A stretch of 64,000 nt of DNA from Malacoraja senta (lineage: Eukaryota): assembly GCA_038087875.1 (NCBI GenBank), contig CM075990.1, forward strand, positions 6,698,001-6,762,000, given 5' to 3'. The notes under the pieces were generated by a model. The model searched no databases. It had not been told where the DNA came from and worked only from the letters and a program-made list of their open reading frames with translations. Position numbers and translations under genes: made by a program. The number at the start of each line of letters is the position of its first letter. Position 1 is the stretch's first letter. This document shows positions 35,496 to 48,118 of this stretch, piece after piece.

Positions 35496-35975
35496 AGGGG
35501 CAGTCCCACTGCGGTGACCTAATTGGCGAGTTTAGAAGAGTTTAGGAGAGTTTGAAACAGTGTCATGTTGAATACTCCTTCGTCTATGTGGAAGACCTCC
35601 TTCGACCTTCTTTGACTATGCTGAAGACTAGCTAGAAGACTAGCTTCGACTTCCTTCGATCTCCTACGACTACCTTTGATTACCTTTGACTACCCTCGAT
35701 TACCTACGAATAACATGCCGACCTACTTCGACTAAACTTACGAGTAAAAAATATCGATTTTTCCATGGCGGACTTTTTTCACACGAAGGCATTTTTCAGC
35801 AAGTTGAAAAATACGCCGCGACCTAGCTGAGGCCTCGAGTAGCGGGGACTACTCTCGAGCATGAAGGAGAGTTACAAAGACCTCCTGGGACCTCGTGTCG
35901 ACCAAGCTGCGAGTATGAGTCGAGGGTAAACTCTTCTAAACTCGCGGATTAGGTCCCCGCAGTGGGACAGTCCCT
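35496..35975. mobile_element. PIF/Harbinger-type MITE
   Basis: About 48-bp imperfect TIRs aggggcagtcccactgcgg..gcgagtttagaagagttt / aaactcttctaaactcgc..ccgcagtgggacagtccct; TAA TSD at 35493-35495 and 35976-35978. Confidence 0.9.
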
Positions 35976-36094
35976 TAAGGCACTCGTTGACATCTCCACT
36001 CTCTGAACTGCGGACACATGGTATTTACTGTAGAACATTTTCTGTAACCACTTCGGTATAAACCAGCATCTGCAGTTCCTTCCTACACTTCCCA

Positions 36095-36390
36095 CACACG
36101 GTGGCACAGCGGTGGAGTTGCTGCTTTACAGCGCCAGAGATCCTGACTATGGGTGCTGTCTGTATGGAGTTTGTACGTTCTCCCCGTGACCATGTGGGTT
36201 TTCATCGGGTGCTCTGGTTTCCTCCACACTCCAAAGACGTTCAGGTTTGTGGGTCAATCGGCTTTGGTAAAAATTGTAAATTGTCCATGTGTGTGGGACA
36301 GTGTTGGTGTACAGGGTGATTGCTGGGCAGCGCGATCGGTAGGCCAAAGGGCCTGTTTCCGCGCTGGATCTCTGAACTCCAAACTCTAAA
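36095..36390 (+). mobile_element. HE1/V-SINE-like SINE
   Basis: Family head, body and tail. Confidence 0.85.
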
Positions 36391-37489
36391 CATGGTATTT
36401 CTGCAGAAAACTTTCTGTAACCACTTCGGCATAAACCAACATTTGCAGTTCCTTCCCACACATGGTATTTTCCGTCTTTACTTGACATCGAAATGGGAGA
36501 TTATCGCTCGCAATTGGAATGAGGGAGGATTCAGCTGAGTGGAATGTGGGACAGCTGCTTAGGCCATCATTCTCCTGTTAATGTGAAGGGATTTCTGCCC
36601 TGAAACACTGGGCTGAATACATTGTGTTGTGTGTTTCAGGGCTTCGCTGCTCTCTCTCTCTCCTGAGACAGTTCTCCCATGTGCAGCTATCTGCAGCCTT
36701 TTTTCTCTTTCATTGAAACTTTAACTGGGGCACAGTTCAGAAAAATCCCTCCTCTTTAGAAGAATGTCGCAGTCTCACAGCCAACAAATGGGAAATATGA
36801 AGAAAGCAAGGGTGGATGAGCAAAATTGTTGCGTGAGCCATAACATTTTTTTGCACTAAACCCTCGGATTAACACTTAGACAGTGGGATGCATTTGACCT
36901 GGCAAATCTGAGCTGTAGCTCAAACAGAGTTTAGGTTTTTAATGCACCAACTCCAAGCAGCGCAGGAGGCGTCTGGTTGTTCTGAATTGGAGCCATCTAC
37001 AATCCCTTTAAGTTCACACCTAGAAGTGAGCCATTAATAACTCTCCCCCTTCAGATGCCTTACAGCGGTCGGTCGGCGCAAAGCTAATTTACACCTCGAA
37101 AATGCCAAGCGGAGCTGTTGGGTGCTGTGTAAGGATTGTGTGGGTCAGGGCTGTGGGTTGGAATGTTTTGCTGCAATTTTGCGTGGTATCGGCTCGTAAA
37201 AAGGGAATCAGAAGGCAAGTAAATTAACTAAGCTTAACAGAGTTGAAGGGTCAGCCAATTCTTTGGTGTTTAAATATGACCGAATTTTCCAAAGATGTGA
37301 TCGCAGTGGCAGGCAGGTTAAAGGTGAAGGGAGGATAGACCTACTGCCTGGGTATTTGATGTTGCCAATTGAAACAAACAAAAAAGTTAGAAAAGAATAT
37401 TTCAATTGTAGTAAGTGTTATTCTCAACCTTACCCAAATGGAAGTGTGAAATTGATGTTCCCCAAAAAAGTACTTCATATAGAAGAGAG

Positions 37490-37730
37490 ACAGAAATAGC
37501 TGGGGTAACTCAACAGGTCAGCAGCATCCCTGGAGAAAAGGAATAGGTGATGTTTCGGGTCGAGACCCTTCTTCAGACTCACTTCCTCAGACTTCAGAGG
37601 CTGAAGAACGGTCTCAACCCGAAACATCACCTATACCTATTCTCCAGAGATGCTGCCTGAACAGTTGAGTTACTCCAGCTTTTTGAGTCTACCTTCGGTG
37701 TAAACCAGAATTCTGCAGTTCCTTCCTACA
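37490..37730. mobile_element. Penelope-like palindrome with two divergent hammerhead-like cores
   Basis: gtttcgggtcgagacccttcttcag ... ctgaagaacggtctcaacccgaaacatc. Confidence 0.7.
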
Positions 37731-37745
37731 GTTCTTCATATTTGT

Positions 37746-38058
37746 AGTTTAGTTTAGTTTAGAGATTCAGTGCGGAAACAGGCCCTTCGGCCCACCGGGT
37801 CCGCGCCGACCAGTGATACCCGCATATTAACACTATCCTACACACACCAGGGACAATTTACACATACCCCAAGCGAATTAACCTACATACCTGTCCATCT
37901 TTGGGTTGTGGGAGGAAACAGAAGATATCAGATTAAACCCACACAGGTCACAGGGAGAAGGTACAAACTCCGTGCAGAAAGCACTCGTAGTCGGGATCGA
38001 ACCCGGGTCTCTGGCGCTGTAAGCGCTGTAAGGCAGCAACTCTACCATTGCGCCACCA
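37746..38058 (-). mobile_element. HE1/V-SINE-like SINE
   Basis: Full copy, minus strand. Confidence 0.9.
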
Positions 38059-38349
38059 TGACAAAAGCATGACAAAGGCCCAGCATTCACACACTTCTGG
38101 ATGCGATAACCTTGTACATCACAAGGGCAGGATAATCACTCACCCTGCAGCATACATCCTCAATGCTGGACCTTTCAATGTGCAACACCATTTCTGAGCC
38201 AGATTGTCAGCTCAGCTTCTTAGTGTTTCGTTGGGTTCAAATCCTATACCAAAGTCAGCAATGTCTGGGCTGGCAAACCTGTGGTGCTGATGGTGTACAA
38301 CAATGTCAACCACACCAACTCCCAATAGATTTAAACCCAGATAAAAAGT

Positions 38350-38600
38350 CGTTCTTTTAGGAAGGAGATGAGGAGAAATTTCTTTAGTCAGAGGGTGGTG
38401 AATCTGTGGAATTCTTTGTAAAAGTCAGTGGATATTTTGAAGGCAGTGATAGATATTGATTAGTACAGGTGTCAGAGGTTATGGGGAGAAGGCAAGAGAA
38501 TGGGGTTAGGAGGGAGAGATAGATCAGCCATAATTGAATGGTGGAGTAGATTTGATGGGCCGAATGGCCTAATTCTACTCCTATTACATGTGACATGATG
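38350..38600 (+). mobile_element. CR1 3' fragment
   Basis: gaaggagatgaggagaaatttctttagtcagagggtggtgaatctgtggaattc. Confidence 0.85.
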
Positions 38601-39159
38601 TATCCTCCCAAAAGGGCAGTAATATACTGTGTCTCAGGGCACTATTTTACAAAGACCACAGTGTCCTGGACAATGTTCATCCGTTAAAGGACCGCTAATG
38701 CTGATCATCAACTCACACGTTTTATGGGTGTTTGTTGTGGGCAAAATAGCAGCCAAGTTTCCTACAGTAAAACTGCAATGGAAGTTTATTAGTTGAGTGG
38801 CAAGATTTTTTTCCATTTAATTGATGCCTCTGTTTTACTAGGCACAGGGAGTATAAAGAAAACCTTACTTTTAAATAAATGGAGGGCAGTGTTCCAAGTA
38901 GCATACGAGCAGGCGAGAATTGACCCTGAATTATACCGGGCAGATGAATAATAGTTTAAGGATAGCTAAATACAGAGGTGAAGTCATGCAAAGCTTTATA
39001 TGGTGCTTTCACAACCTCCAAGTCTCTCAAAGCAATTCATACTTTGACTTGGATTGAAGAATATGCTCAGAGTCTCCTTGAAGCAATGTCCACATTGACT
39101 CCTAGAAACCTCTGGGCCACAACTGTACCAAGTGGGGAAGCAGCAGTCAACATGGTGTT

Positions 39160-39610
39160 GAGCTCAGTCCAAAGAAGGGTCTCGACCCGAAATGTCACCC
39201 ATTCCTTCTCCCCAGAGATGCTGCCTGTCCCGCTGAGTTACTCCAGCATTGTGTGTCTATCTTCGGTTTAAACCAGCGTCTGCAGTTCCTTCCTATCCAT
39301 GGTGTTGAGAACCTCATGTCCATACTGCAGGGACACAGAGAGACAGCCCTGTGGACAGAGAGCACCGCCTCTCCAGCTACCCACCTGCCCGCCCCATCAG
39401 TTACCCAACTGAATCATCTACGGAAGAGCAAAACACAAAGTGCTGGAGCAACCCAACGGGTCAGGTAGCATCAGTGGAAGGAATGGACAGACATTGTTTC
39501 GGATCGGGACCCTTCGGACTGATTGTGGTAGGGGGGAGGGGAAAGCTGAAATAAAGAGGTGGGGCAGGACAAAGCCTAGCAAGTGATAGGTGGATACAGG
39601 TGAGTGGGGT
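39160..39610. mobile_element. Two Penelope-like terminal repeat arms
   Basis: 39160-39300 (+) and 39430-39610 (-) family sequence. Confidence 0.65.
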
Positions 39611-39639
39611 TTGACTCATCTGCTGATTAATCCCCCGAG

Positions 39640-39880
39640 CCATCAGTCCGTCCACCAACCTTCTGCTTTCTATGAGTAAGCCAGTTCTGAATAAAAGTCA
39701 CCATGAATCCTATGCATCATAATCTTCTGGATCAGCCTACTATGAGGGACTTTATAAAATGGCTAAAATCCATGTAGACAATATCCATTGCCAAACCCTC
39801 ATAGATCACCTTGGTCACCTCAATAAACTCAATTGAGTTCATAAGGCAAGACCTTGCAGACAAAGCCATGTCCCTAATTA
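39640..39880 (-). mobile_element. CR1 reverse-transcriptase fragment
   Basis: Minus-strand translation RSCLMNSIEFIEVTKVIYEGLAMDIVYMDFS. Confidence 0.7.
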
Positions 39881-39921
39881 AACACAAGGTGCTTGGGGCA
39901 AAGAAACATCTAGCAGTGCAA

Positions 39922-40228
39922 TTTAGTTTAGTTTAGTTTAGAGGAACAGCACAGAAACAGGCCCTTTGACCCACCAAGTCCGCACCGACCATTGATCCCT
40001 GCACAACAACACTACCCTACACACACTAGGGACAAGTTACATTTACCAAGCGAATTAACCTACAAACCTGTACGTCTTTGGAGTGTGGGTGGAAACCGAA
40101 GATCTCGGAGAAAACCCACGTAGGTCACGGGGAGAACGTGCAAACACCGTGCAGACAGCACCCGTTGTCAGGATCGAAACAGGGTCTCTGGCGGCAGTCA
40201 GGCAGTAGTTCTACCGCTACACCACAGT
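39922..40228 (-). mobile_element. HE1/V-SINE-like SINE
   Basis: Full copy, minus strand. Confidence 0.85.
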
Positions 40229-40899
40229 GCAAGTTAAGTCTAAGATTTTGGTCAGCAAGCTACAGAAATCTCCACTTCTGATCTCCACCACATAGGCAGG
40301 AATGACGCCTTGGAACTAAAGGTGGAGGAAATCTTTGATGTTGATGGGAGAAGGCCGAAGGGGGTTTTGTAGATGTCAACGAGAATTTAAAACAGACTTC
40401 TATTTAATAGAAAGTCTGTTCATGGCTGGTTTACAATTTAGTTTTCCAATTCCTTTTAAATATTTACAGTTTTGTCCAAAGCCAGAGAGATGAAAACTTA
40501 GATTACAGTGTGGGCCGTTTTGTTACAAGATCAAGCAAGAACACAACTGGCTTCTGGCTAGCCTTACTTGGAAACCTAAGAGCTCCCAACATTGAAAAAA
40601 AAAGTATTTTATTAGAATCACTGTTTATTCAAGAATGCATAATACTTTTTGTTTCGTTCTCGATTAGGTTTGGGTTTCCATAGGCTTATATTTTTTAACT
40701 GCCATTGGCAAACAACAGCAAAAAAAACATAGTATTTCATATATTTATGGGGATGACAGTAGATTAATCTGGGAGAAAAGGTCAAATCCCAACATTTGAG
40801 GCCTACAGCTGAAAAGAAGTCTTAAAAATTGGAAGTAAAATGCTGAAATAAGCAGGTGCAACCACAAAGCTGCCAGATTATTATCAAAACCTAGTGAAT

Positions 40900-41180
40900 T
40901 CAAAGATAATGCATGGAAACAGGCCCTTCGGCCCATTGAATCAATGCCGACCATCGATCATCCATTCACACTAGTTGTATGTTATCCTATTTTATCATAC
41001 ACTCCCTACACACCAGGGACAATTTGCAGAGGCCAATTAACCTACAAACCTGCACGTCTTTGGGATATGGGAGGTGATCAGAGCACCCAGAAGAAGCCCA
41101 CATGGTTACAGAGAGCATGCAAACTCCACACAGACAGCACCCCATGGTTTCTGGAGAGGTGAGGCAACAGCTCTAACTGC
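40900..41180 (-). mobile_element. HE1/V-SINE-like SINE
   Basis: Family sequence, minus strand. Confidence 0.8.
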
Positions 41181-41604
41181 TCTATGCAGCAGCAGACCAG
41201 GCATGAGTATATCAGGGCATGCAACAGAGAAAAGAAACAGCGTGCAGAATACAGTGATACAGCTACAGAGAAAGTGCAGATAAAAGAAATGTGCGTAGAC
41301 CTTAATGAAGTAGATTGGAAGATCGGGAGTTTATTGTCAGGAAATAAAAGGTCCGTTCTTGTCCGATAACAATGGTGGTATTTGCTTTCAAGATTTTGTA
41401 CCTTGCCTGACATGAGAGCGAAGAGGGAATGGGCAGGATTTGAGTGATCAACATGACTGCTTTCCTGAGGCAGTACAGATGCTGTAGATAGGGGGAAAGC
41501 TGTTTTACTTACTGCATACGCAACAACTGTTCAACTTCTCCTGGTCTTGGGCAGAGCAGTGGCCATAATGATGGAAATAATAAAATGGATATGGTGTATT
41601 AAGG

Positions 41605-41900
41605 GCTGCACAGTGGTGCAGCGGTAGAGTTGCTGCCTTGCATCGCCGGAGACCCGGGTTCGTTCCTCATTAAGGGTGCTGTCTGTTTGTACGTTCTCCC
41701 TATCACCATGTGTGTTGTGGTGGGGTGCTCCGGTTTCCTTCCACACTCCAAACACGTGCAGGCTTGTAGGTTAATTGGCTCTGGTAAAATCATAAATTGT
41801 CCCTACTGTGTGCTACCGTACGGGGTGATCGCTGGTCGGCACGGACTTGATGGGATGAAGGGACCTGTTTTTGCATTGTATCTCTAAAGTCTAATATCTA
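41605..41900 (+). mobile_element. HE1/V-SINE-like SINE
   Basis: Family head, body and tail. Confidence 0.85.
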
Positions 41901-43174
41901 AATCTGTGTAAATTGGTAACAGCTGTTAGAAACATGTGGAATTCCCTTAATCTTATGGTGGTGGTGTGCTTTCATGGCCATGGTGCTAAGGTGGGTTAGA
42001 CCAGGACTAACTATTGGTGGTATTCACACCTTGGGAACTTACAACTTTTCCTTGTTTCAAGTTGCTCCTGGAGGTGCCAGTTACACGGGGACATAAGGCA
42101 TTGCCCATGGCACAAGGGACAAGGCACAAAGAGTGAATGCCTGAGTGACACAAGAGTCCTCCTTTGCGTATGTTCTGAGGAGGGAACTAGGTCATTTCTA
42201 CGCCGCACTCTGAAAGGCGTCGCGGCATCGATGGACCCAGCCAACTCGGCAGATGGACCTTTACGCACCTGATAAACCTCAAACTCAGTTCCAAGTGCCG
42301 ACCAAGGCCAACGTACGACACCCTTTCAAACGGTGGCTCATGCCCGTCTCTCAACCAATGAATCAATGAGCATGTACTGACAAAGGGAAAAAGCTCACCT
42401 CTAGCCTACTTACTCCTGCACAAGTAGAAAGATGCAAGTGAACAACATAGAAGCAGACTTTTATGTTTAGCTGGCGTTGTTTGCTGTTGAATTCAGACAT
42501 GGTGCTTACTCTACATCCTGTTGTGTGAATTACAGACTGAAGCAGTGAGATTAAGTGTGGAGTATGATCCTCCATGCTTTAAAAACTAGGACACGCAAGC
42601 AGTCATTAATCATCGCTTATTGTTACAGTTGGAGGCACCTGGAAGGTTTTCTCAGTGTTTTCGCAGGAAGTTCATCCAAGTCTTCATCTATTTTGAAGCC
42701 CCTGGGGAGATAAGAGAATAGTTGCTTCCTGAAGAAACTTTGTATGTGAACTTAAAAGGAGAGGGGAAATCAAATAAATTACTGTTGTAATATTCAGAGT
42801 ATGTTTCCTACAGTGTGTGTTGGGAATATGGAAAATAAGACAAGGTACATGAGGTTGAAGTGTATCTATTTTAAGGGATAACTTCCTGAGTTATAGTCAT
42901 GGATAATGCAACTTATGTAGAGTGAATGTGCTCTTGCTCAAAGCACCCGCTATTTATTTTAAAACTTTGCAAAAAAATTAAAGTAAATAGAGTTATAAGT
43001 AAGCCATGAGTGTGAATGTCTCTGATTGGATAAACAAGGGTTTAGTTTAGTTCAGTTTAGTTGACTTTAATTTATTTAAGAAGGTTTCGGCCCGAAACGT
43101 TGCCTATTTCCTTCGCTCCATAGATGCTGCTGCACCCGTTGAGTTTCACCAGCACTTTTGTCTACCTTACTTTA

Positions 43175-43460
43175 TTTGAGTTTAGTTTAGAGATGCAGCG
43201 TGGAAACAGGCTCTTCAGCGTCAGTCTGCGCCAATCAAAAATCACCCAAACGCTAGTTCTATCCTACACACTAGGGACAATTTGCAAAGCCATTTAAACC
43301 TACACAAACCTTTGGAATGTACGAGGAAACGGGCGCACCCGGAGGAAAGGCACGCAGTCACGGGGAGAAGGTAAAAACTCCGTACAGACAACACCCGTAG
43401 TCAGGATCGAACCGGGTCTGTGGTGCTGCGAGGCAGCAACTGTACTGCTGTGCCACTCTG
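43175..43460 (-). mobile_element. HE1/V-SINE-like SINE
   Basis: Family sequence, minus strand. Confidence 0.85.
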
Positions 43461-43479
43461 CCGCCTTCATGATGACCAC

Positions 43480-43572
43480 GGGATGCAAGCAGAAGCCTCC
43501 ACGTGGCGCATCCCGGGCAATGCTGATGACAGAAACTGTACCACAGTGACTGACTGAAGTAGCCAATTTTGC
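43480..43572 (+). ncRNA. HDV-like ribozyme fold (93 nt, long P4 region)
   Basis: P1 GGGAUGC/GCAUCCC, P2 GCAGAA/UUUUGC, P3 GCC/GGC, L3 UCCACGU, P1.1 CC/GG, J4/2 GCCAA (putative catalytic C at 43563). Confidence 0.88.
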
Positions 43573-43648
43573 AACCACCGACCGTCAACCATCACTGACC
43601 GACCGGAAAGACATGATATAGAAGATGGCCGGACACGAGGAAGGAAGA
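43480..43648 (+). mobile_element. Short ribozyme-headed retroposon, family C
   Basis: Perfect 11-bp TSD atgatgaccac (43469-43479, 43649-43659); tail acacgaggaaggaaga. Confidence 0.88.
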
Positions 43649-43694
43649 ATGATGACCACAGCTAGAACAATCAGCAGGTCAGCCTACCATGTCG

Positions 43695-44080
43695 TGGGGA
43701 GAGAGGGAGAGGGAGGGGAGAGGAGGGGAGAGGGAAAGGGAGAGAGAGGGGGAGGGTGGGGGAGAGGGAGAGGAAGAGGGAGAGGGAGAGAGAGGGGGAG
43801 AAGGAGAGGGAGGGGAAGGGGAGGGGGAGGGAGGAGGGGAAATGGAGAGGGGGAGGGGGAGAGGGAGAGGGAGAGGGAGAGGGAGAGGGAGAGGGAGAGG
43901 GAGAGGGAGAGGGAGAGGGAGGGGGAGGGGGAGAGGGAGGGGGAGGGGGAGAGGGAGGGGGAGAGGGAGAGGGAGGGGGAGGGAGAGGGAGAGAGGGGGA
44001 GAGAGGAAGAGAGAGATAGAGGAAGAGAGTGGGAGAGGGAGCAAGAGGGAGCAAGGGGGGGAGAGAGAAAAGGGAGAGAA
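43695..44080. repeat. Polypurine (gaggga)n low-complexity tract
   Basis: Directly visible. Confidence 0.95.
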
Positions 44081-44329
44081 AACAAACAAGCTGAGCTTAT
44101 ATCACTCATTAATGTTTCAAGTCTGAGACTCTCATCAGAACTAAGAAAAGTTTCTTCCAATCAACTTGCTCACTGGAGAAATAGAATCACAACATCAGAG
44201 AAACCTATGACTTCTGGCCTTCTAAAAAAAGCATTTGAGAATTAACCCTAGTTACCAGTTCCTGGGCTGTAGATTTTTGCATTTAAATGACCCATAAGGT
44301 AATTTAAAGTGATGCTTCCTCAATATACT

Positions 44330-44630
44330 TTTTTAAAATTTGTTTTGTTTTTGTTTATTTTATTAGAAGTTAATACAATACAAAACAATACAGTGGTACC
44401 TAATGTTAGGTGCCAACTATGTCATAACGTAATACATTCTATGTACAACCTCTAGTTTTATGTTTTTGAAAAGGAGGTAAAAAATAAAAAATAAAAAATA
44501 AAAAAATAGAGAAAAGAAAGAGGAAAAATAAATAGTAGAAAATAGAAAAACGTGAAGTGTGTATATAAGAAAAGAAAAAGTAGAAAGTAGAAATAGTAGA
44601 AAAAGACCCTTAAAAAAGAAATTTTCAAAT
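44330..44630 (-). mobile_element. Probable L1/Tx1-type 3' UTR fragment
   Basis: Minus-strand end cttctaataaa plus A-rich tail, similar to 49747-50147. Confidence 0.5.
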
Positions 44631-44804
44631 CTTTATGGTAGAGTTTCAGGCCTTGCCATTCTCTTGGTGAAATCATCTTTCCTCAAAAATCCTTTTACCT
44701 GATACCTTTATTGATTCTGCAAGATAAATCAAATTCTTCCTCGTTTCACAATCTAAGTCTCGAGTAGTTTTATGTGCTTCTATTAAATCTTCCTCCAGCC
44801 TACT

Positions 44805-45480
44805 GTGTTTATGTGTGGGTCTGTGCACATGTGTGTGTCTGTGCGCATGTGTGTCTGTGTGCGCGTGTGTGTCTGTGCACATGTGTGTCTGTGTGCGCAT
44901 GTGTGTCTGTCTGTGTGCGTGTGTGTGTGTGTGTCTGTGTGCGCGTGTGAGTCTGTGTCTGTGCGCACATGTGTGTGTGCCTGTGTGCGCGTGTCTGTGT
45001 GCATGTGTATGTATGTGTCTGTGTGCGCGTGTGCGTCTGTGTCCACGTGTGTGTCTGTGCACACGTGTGTGTGTGTGCCTGTGCACGTGTGTGTGTGTGT
45101 CTGTGTGCGCGTGTGAGTCTGTGTCTGTGCGCACATGTGTGTGTGCCTGTGTGCGCGTGTCTGTGTGCATGTGTATGTATGTGTCTGTGTGCGCGTGTGC
45201 GTCTGTGTCCACGTGTGTGTCTGTGCACACGTGTGTGTGTGCCTGTGCACGTGTTTGTGTGTGTCTGTGTGCGCGTGTGTGTCTGTGACTGTGTGCACGT
45301 GTGTGTGTGTGTCTGTGTGCGTGTGTATGTGTGTGTCTGTGTGCGCGTGTGCATCTGTGTCCACGTGTGTGTCTGTGCACACGTGTGTGTGTGTCTGTGT
45401 GCGCGTGTGTGTCTGTGACTGTGTGCACGTGTGTGTGTGTGCCTGTGTGCGTGTGTATGTGTGTATCTGTGTGCACATGC
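44805..45480. repeat. Complex (GT)n-derived satellite with a 166-bp higher-order unit
   Basis: Marker gtgtgagtctgtgtctgtgcgcacatg at 44945 and 45111. Confidence 0.95.
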
Positions 45481-45649
45481 GAGAGAGAGAAAGTGAGAAA
45501 GAGAGAGGTCCTATTACCATGCATGTGCATCTCAATAAAAACAAAACACACGCTCACCACTGTGTGCCCAGAGAAATTGAGCACCAGTTTCACATCCAAG
45601 GAACTGTGTAGGTGCTGTTAATTTGGCAGTGCTGAGCAACTTGCCATTT

Positions 45650-46000
45650 CTCAGCTCACAAGACTAACACTCCAATACAACACTGATAGAGCGAGGCATT
45701 GTCAGAGGACCATCTTCAGATGAAAATGAGATCCACTCAGCCCTTTAGTGTGTAAACAATGTTACTTCTAAGAATAAAGATGAGTTTATGTTCTTAAATC
45801 CCCAGCCAATGCCTAATCCTCAATTAATAACAAAGAAAAATAGATCATACTATTAACATTGCAGCTTGTTGCAATTTTCTGGGTACAAACTGACTTCTCC
45901 ATTCCCATCAATGGAGCACTAAGTTTAAAAAGTACTTTACTGGTTGTTGTGAAGCACTTTGGTATGTCTTCTGTTTCTGAAATGACACCTTGTGAATTAC
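45650..46000 (+). mobile_element. Old DeuSINE/SacSINE1-like element
   Basis: cattgtcagaggaccatcttcagatga and aaaaagtactt..tgtgaagcactttgg motifs. Confidence 0.5.
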
Positions 46001-47479
46001 TCATGTTCTGTTCATGTTTAGGCTTGTGAGATTGTACAGCAGAAAGATTTTGTGGCCTGGTGGGAGGATTTGCCCTTCAGTTTCCATTCATGGGGCAGAC
46101 GTTCCACAATTATAACTGATACCATCATATCTGATCATAAGAAACCAGAAAGATAGGAATATAACAAGGCCATTTGGTCTCTTGTTTGCTCCACCATTCA
46201 ACACTACCTTGGCCAGTTTTCATGGACGTTGCTGGCTTTACCTGGCACTAAAACGTTATTCCCTTATCATGTATCTGTACACTGTAAATGGATCGATTGT
46301 AATCATGTATCGTCTCTCTGCTGACTGGATAGCATTCAACAAAAGCTTTTCACCGGTACACGTGGCAATAAACTAAACTGAACTGAACTGCAGTGCCATG
46401 TTCCTGCTTTTTTCCCCTACCTCTACATTCCTCTACTATCCAGTGATACCGTGCAGACAGCGCCTGTGGTCAGGATCGAACCCACGTCTCTGGCGCTGTA
46501 AGGCAGCAACTCTACCACTGCACCACCAGGCTGCCCTATGTCATGTACCCTGCTGTCCACAGAGTGATGGACCACAGGCATATGTTGTGTGCTGATGTGG
46601 AATTTAATAATCACCTCTCAAATCTGCTGCAGCTCAGTAGGTGTGGAGATCAAAATAATTTTGCATGCACCTTGGCCAGGAGGCTGTCTTTATGGGCCAA
46701 GTCTTCTCATGGAAAACAAGCATTTAAAACGTCTGCAAAATATTGAATTAATGCTAATCACCTCAGCAACGATGTGCGCAAGAAAGGAAAGTGTACCTGG
46801 AAAGTTAAAAACCAATAATCCTGCCCACAGTGTGTGGAAAGAATGCACAGCCTTAAACACTTTCAAAATATTATAGAGATTAAGTCTCTATTTCCTTTAC
46901 CAGACGTCTCCACTCTAAAGACTAACAAGCCTTGGAATAATGCAAAATCTTTGTTAAGCTTTCATAATACACTCTCACTCACAGACATTTTGTTGATAGG
47001 AATATTTGGTCTCAGGCACCAATGCTCAGACTTGTATTAATTCTTTGCACACCATAATGGAAAAACTGCTGGTTTTAATAACCTCCAAAAAATATCAAAC
47101 CCAGTCTATTGGGACCCCAGATAAATAGCTGACTAGTTCAAGCCCTGGCAAGGAATAGTTCTCCGTCCTTCTTCTCCCATCATAGTTAAGGTTGAATAAA
47201 ATGGAAGGTGATACAATCTTTGAACTGGCGCCCTCTTTAACTCTGGATTGACGCAAAACTGTGTTGGAAACTGCAAGTATCTCAGGGTGACCCATATCTG
47301 GTTTATTCACAAATACACAAATCTCATCTAGTTGGCTGCATACCTCTCAAAAATCTTTGGCTTTTATTTGAGAGAGTGTAAATACCAAATTCCATTTGCC
47401 ACCACAGGGGCTGAGAGCGGGTTTGTAAGGGTATGACCAAGAGGACAGAATTAGTTATGTTACCTATTACTGCGGATTG

Positions 47480-48118
47480 CACACCAACGCCTCTGCTTCC
47501 TTAGAAGGCTTAAGAAGTTCAGCAAGTTCCCCTACAAATCTCACCAGCTTCTGCATAGATGCATCCAAGACCGCGAGAAATTGCAGCAAATTGTGGACGC
47601 AGCCCCAGACCATCACACAAACCAACCTCCCTTCCATTGACTCCATTTATATCTCACGCTGCCTCGGCAAGGCCAGCAGCATAATCAAGATTGAGTTGCA
47701 CCCTGCCCACCCCCTCTTCGCCCCTCTCCCATCGGGCAAAAGGTAAAGAAGTGTGGAAACGCCAGATTTAGGGACAGTTTCTTTCCAAATGTTATCAGGC
47801 AAGTGAATCATCCAACCAGCTTCAGTTCCGTTTCAGTTTAGTTTACAGTGAAAAGCTTTTGTTGCATGCTAATCAGTCAGCAGAAAGACAATACATGATT
47901 AAAATCGACCCATTTACAGTGTACAGATACCTGAAAAGGGAATAACGTTTAATGCAAAGTAAAGCCAGCAAAGTCCAATCAAGAATAGTCCGAGGGTCTC
48001 CAAAAAGGTAGATAGTGGTTCAGCACTGCTCTCTGGTTGTGGTAGGATGATTCAGTTGCCTGATAACAGCTGGGACGAATCTGTCCCTGAATCTGGTGAC
48101 GTGCACTTTCACACTTCT
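47480..48118. mobile_element. Two convergent Rex-Babar-like fragments (+ 47480-47818, - 47821-48118)
   Basis: QTITQTNLPSIDSIYISRCLGKASSIIK..HPLFAPLPSGKR on the plus strand; ORF end and UTR on the minus strand. Confidence 0.75.

Noticed and set aside
42011..42380. Minus-strand coding exon
   Set aside because: Splice-like sites exist, but no frame is open from acceptor to donor and I recognise no protein; a non-coding exon cannot be excluded.
43625..45621. Long ORFs (poly-RE/GE, HT/VC-rich)
   Set aside because: They are translations of GA and GT simple repeats, open in many frames.
7780..46860. V(D)J recombination signals at several cacagtg heptamers
   Set aside because: None of those I checked has an acaaaaacc-like nonamer at 12/23 spacing, and I saw no Ig/TCR segments.
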